A stretch of 64,000 bases of DNA from Amoebophrya sp. A120 (Eukaryota > Protista > Dinoflagellata): NCBI GenBank assembly GCA_905178155.1, contig CAJINV010000008.1, positions 1,240,001 to 1,304,000 on the forward strand, in the 5' to 3' direction. The first letter of the stretch is position 1; the number at the start of each line of letters is the position of its first letter. Shown here piece after piece: positions 63,391 to 64,000 of this stretch. The notes beneath the pieces are model-generated. The model was not told the DNA's origin, ran no database searches, and saw only the letters and a program-made list of their open reading frames with translations. A program made the position numbers and the translations under genes.

Positions 63391-64000
63391 AAGAAAAGTG
63401 CGTTTTAAAGTGAGATAGTACTATCGGGTCGTGTTGTTAATGTTATGTACATAATACGTCCTTCTCCTTTGTACAATATGAATATGTTTGCGTCATCTAA
63501 TTTTTATTTTTGTGGCTGACGCTGACGCAGACACTATAGGAGCTGCTCCGAGTCACTGTCACATGATGCTGCAATTTTCATCTGTAGGAACAATCAGGCT
63601 TTCATCATGCATTTCATTGTAGGATTTAGATTTCCTGATATTGGAAGACGCGGCGCGTATCAGCTCCTTGCTTCGTGAGAGTTTAGATTCTGTTCTATCG
63701 CGATGCAATGCCAATGTAGCAAAGCGAACCCCTTCCAGGAACTGCACATGTAAATTTACTAATCGAAGCTAAGGGGGTTATTTGCAATTGTTCTTGTTAT
63801 ACTCGGGTTGCAACTTGACTCAGAGGTTTTCGATATTTTCTAATTTTCCGTTTAGCAATTGGTTTTGTTCGTGTGTATAAAAATGCAATTAGCTCTCGCA
63901 ATTATAGCAGGGCTGACTTTATTTAGTGATAGTGTTCATCATCGCACCCAGAAAGAATGTTTTTTCATCACGTTTACTTCTGCCGTCAAGTTGGCCGGTG

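Overview
This is a eukaryotic, gene-dense window with about 15 protein-coding genes, all on the + strand: PABPN1, CSN2, an FkbM-like methyltransferase, DNA polymerase alpha subunit B, a cyclin, a glycosyltransferase-like protein, a GH2 glycosidase, a TPR protein, an SLC35E3-like nucleotide-sugar transporter, a cytosolic carboxypeptidase, an EF-hand protein, a tandem aquaporin and three hypotheticals. The unidirectional cluster and intron style suggest a parasitic dinoflagellate of the Amoebophrya/Syndiniales type (inference). The dominant system is more than 20 MITE-like introner elements inserted inside exons. Intact copies run TA...TA, carry terminal inverted repeats (TIRs) and are flanked by a 5-bp target-site duplication (TSD; 13 perfect, 4 with one mismatch, about 7 degenerate). 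Removing the element plus 5 nt restores the reading frame and conserved motifs without needing GT-AG ends. The sequence suggests (i) orientation-independent removal, (ii) a fixed splice geometry, 1 nt before and 4 nt after the TIR stem, (iii) a shared internal motif ATTTGTVATGC across otherwise dissimilar families, and (iv) larger non-coding insertions with 11-13 bp duplications at GCATGA sites inside introns. All splicing models were deduced by hand from frame and motif restoration and need RNA confirmation.
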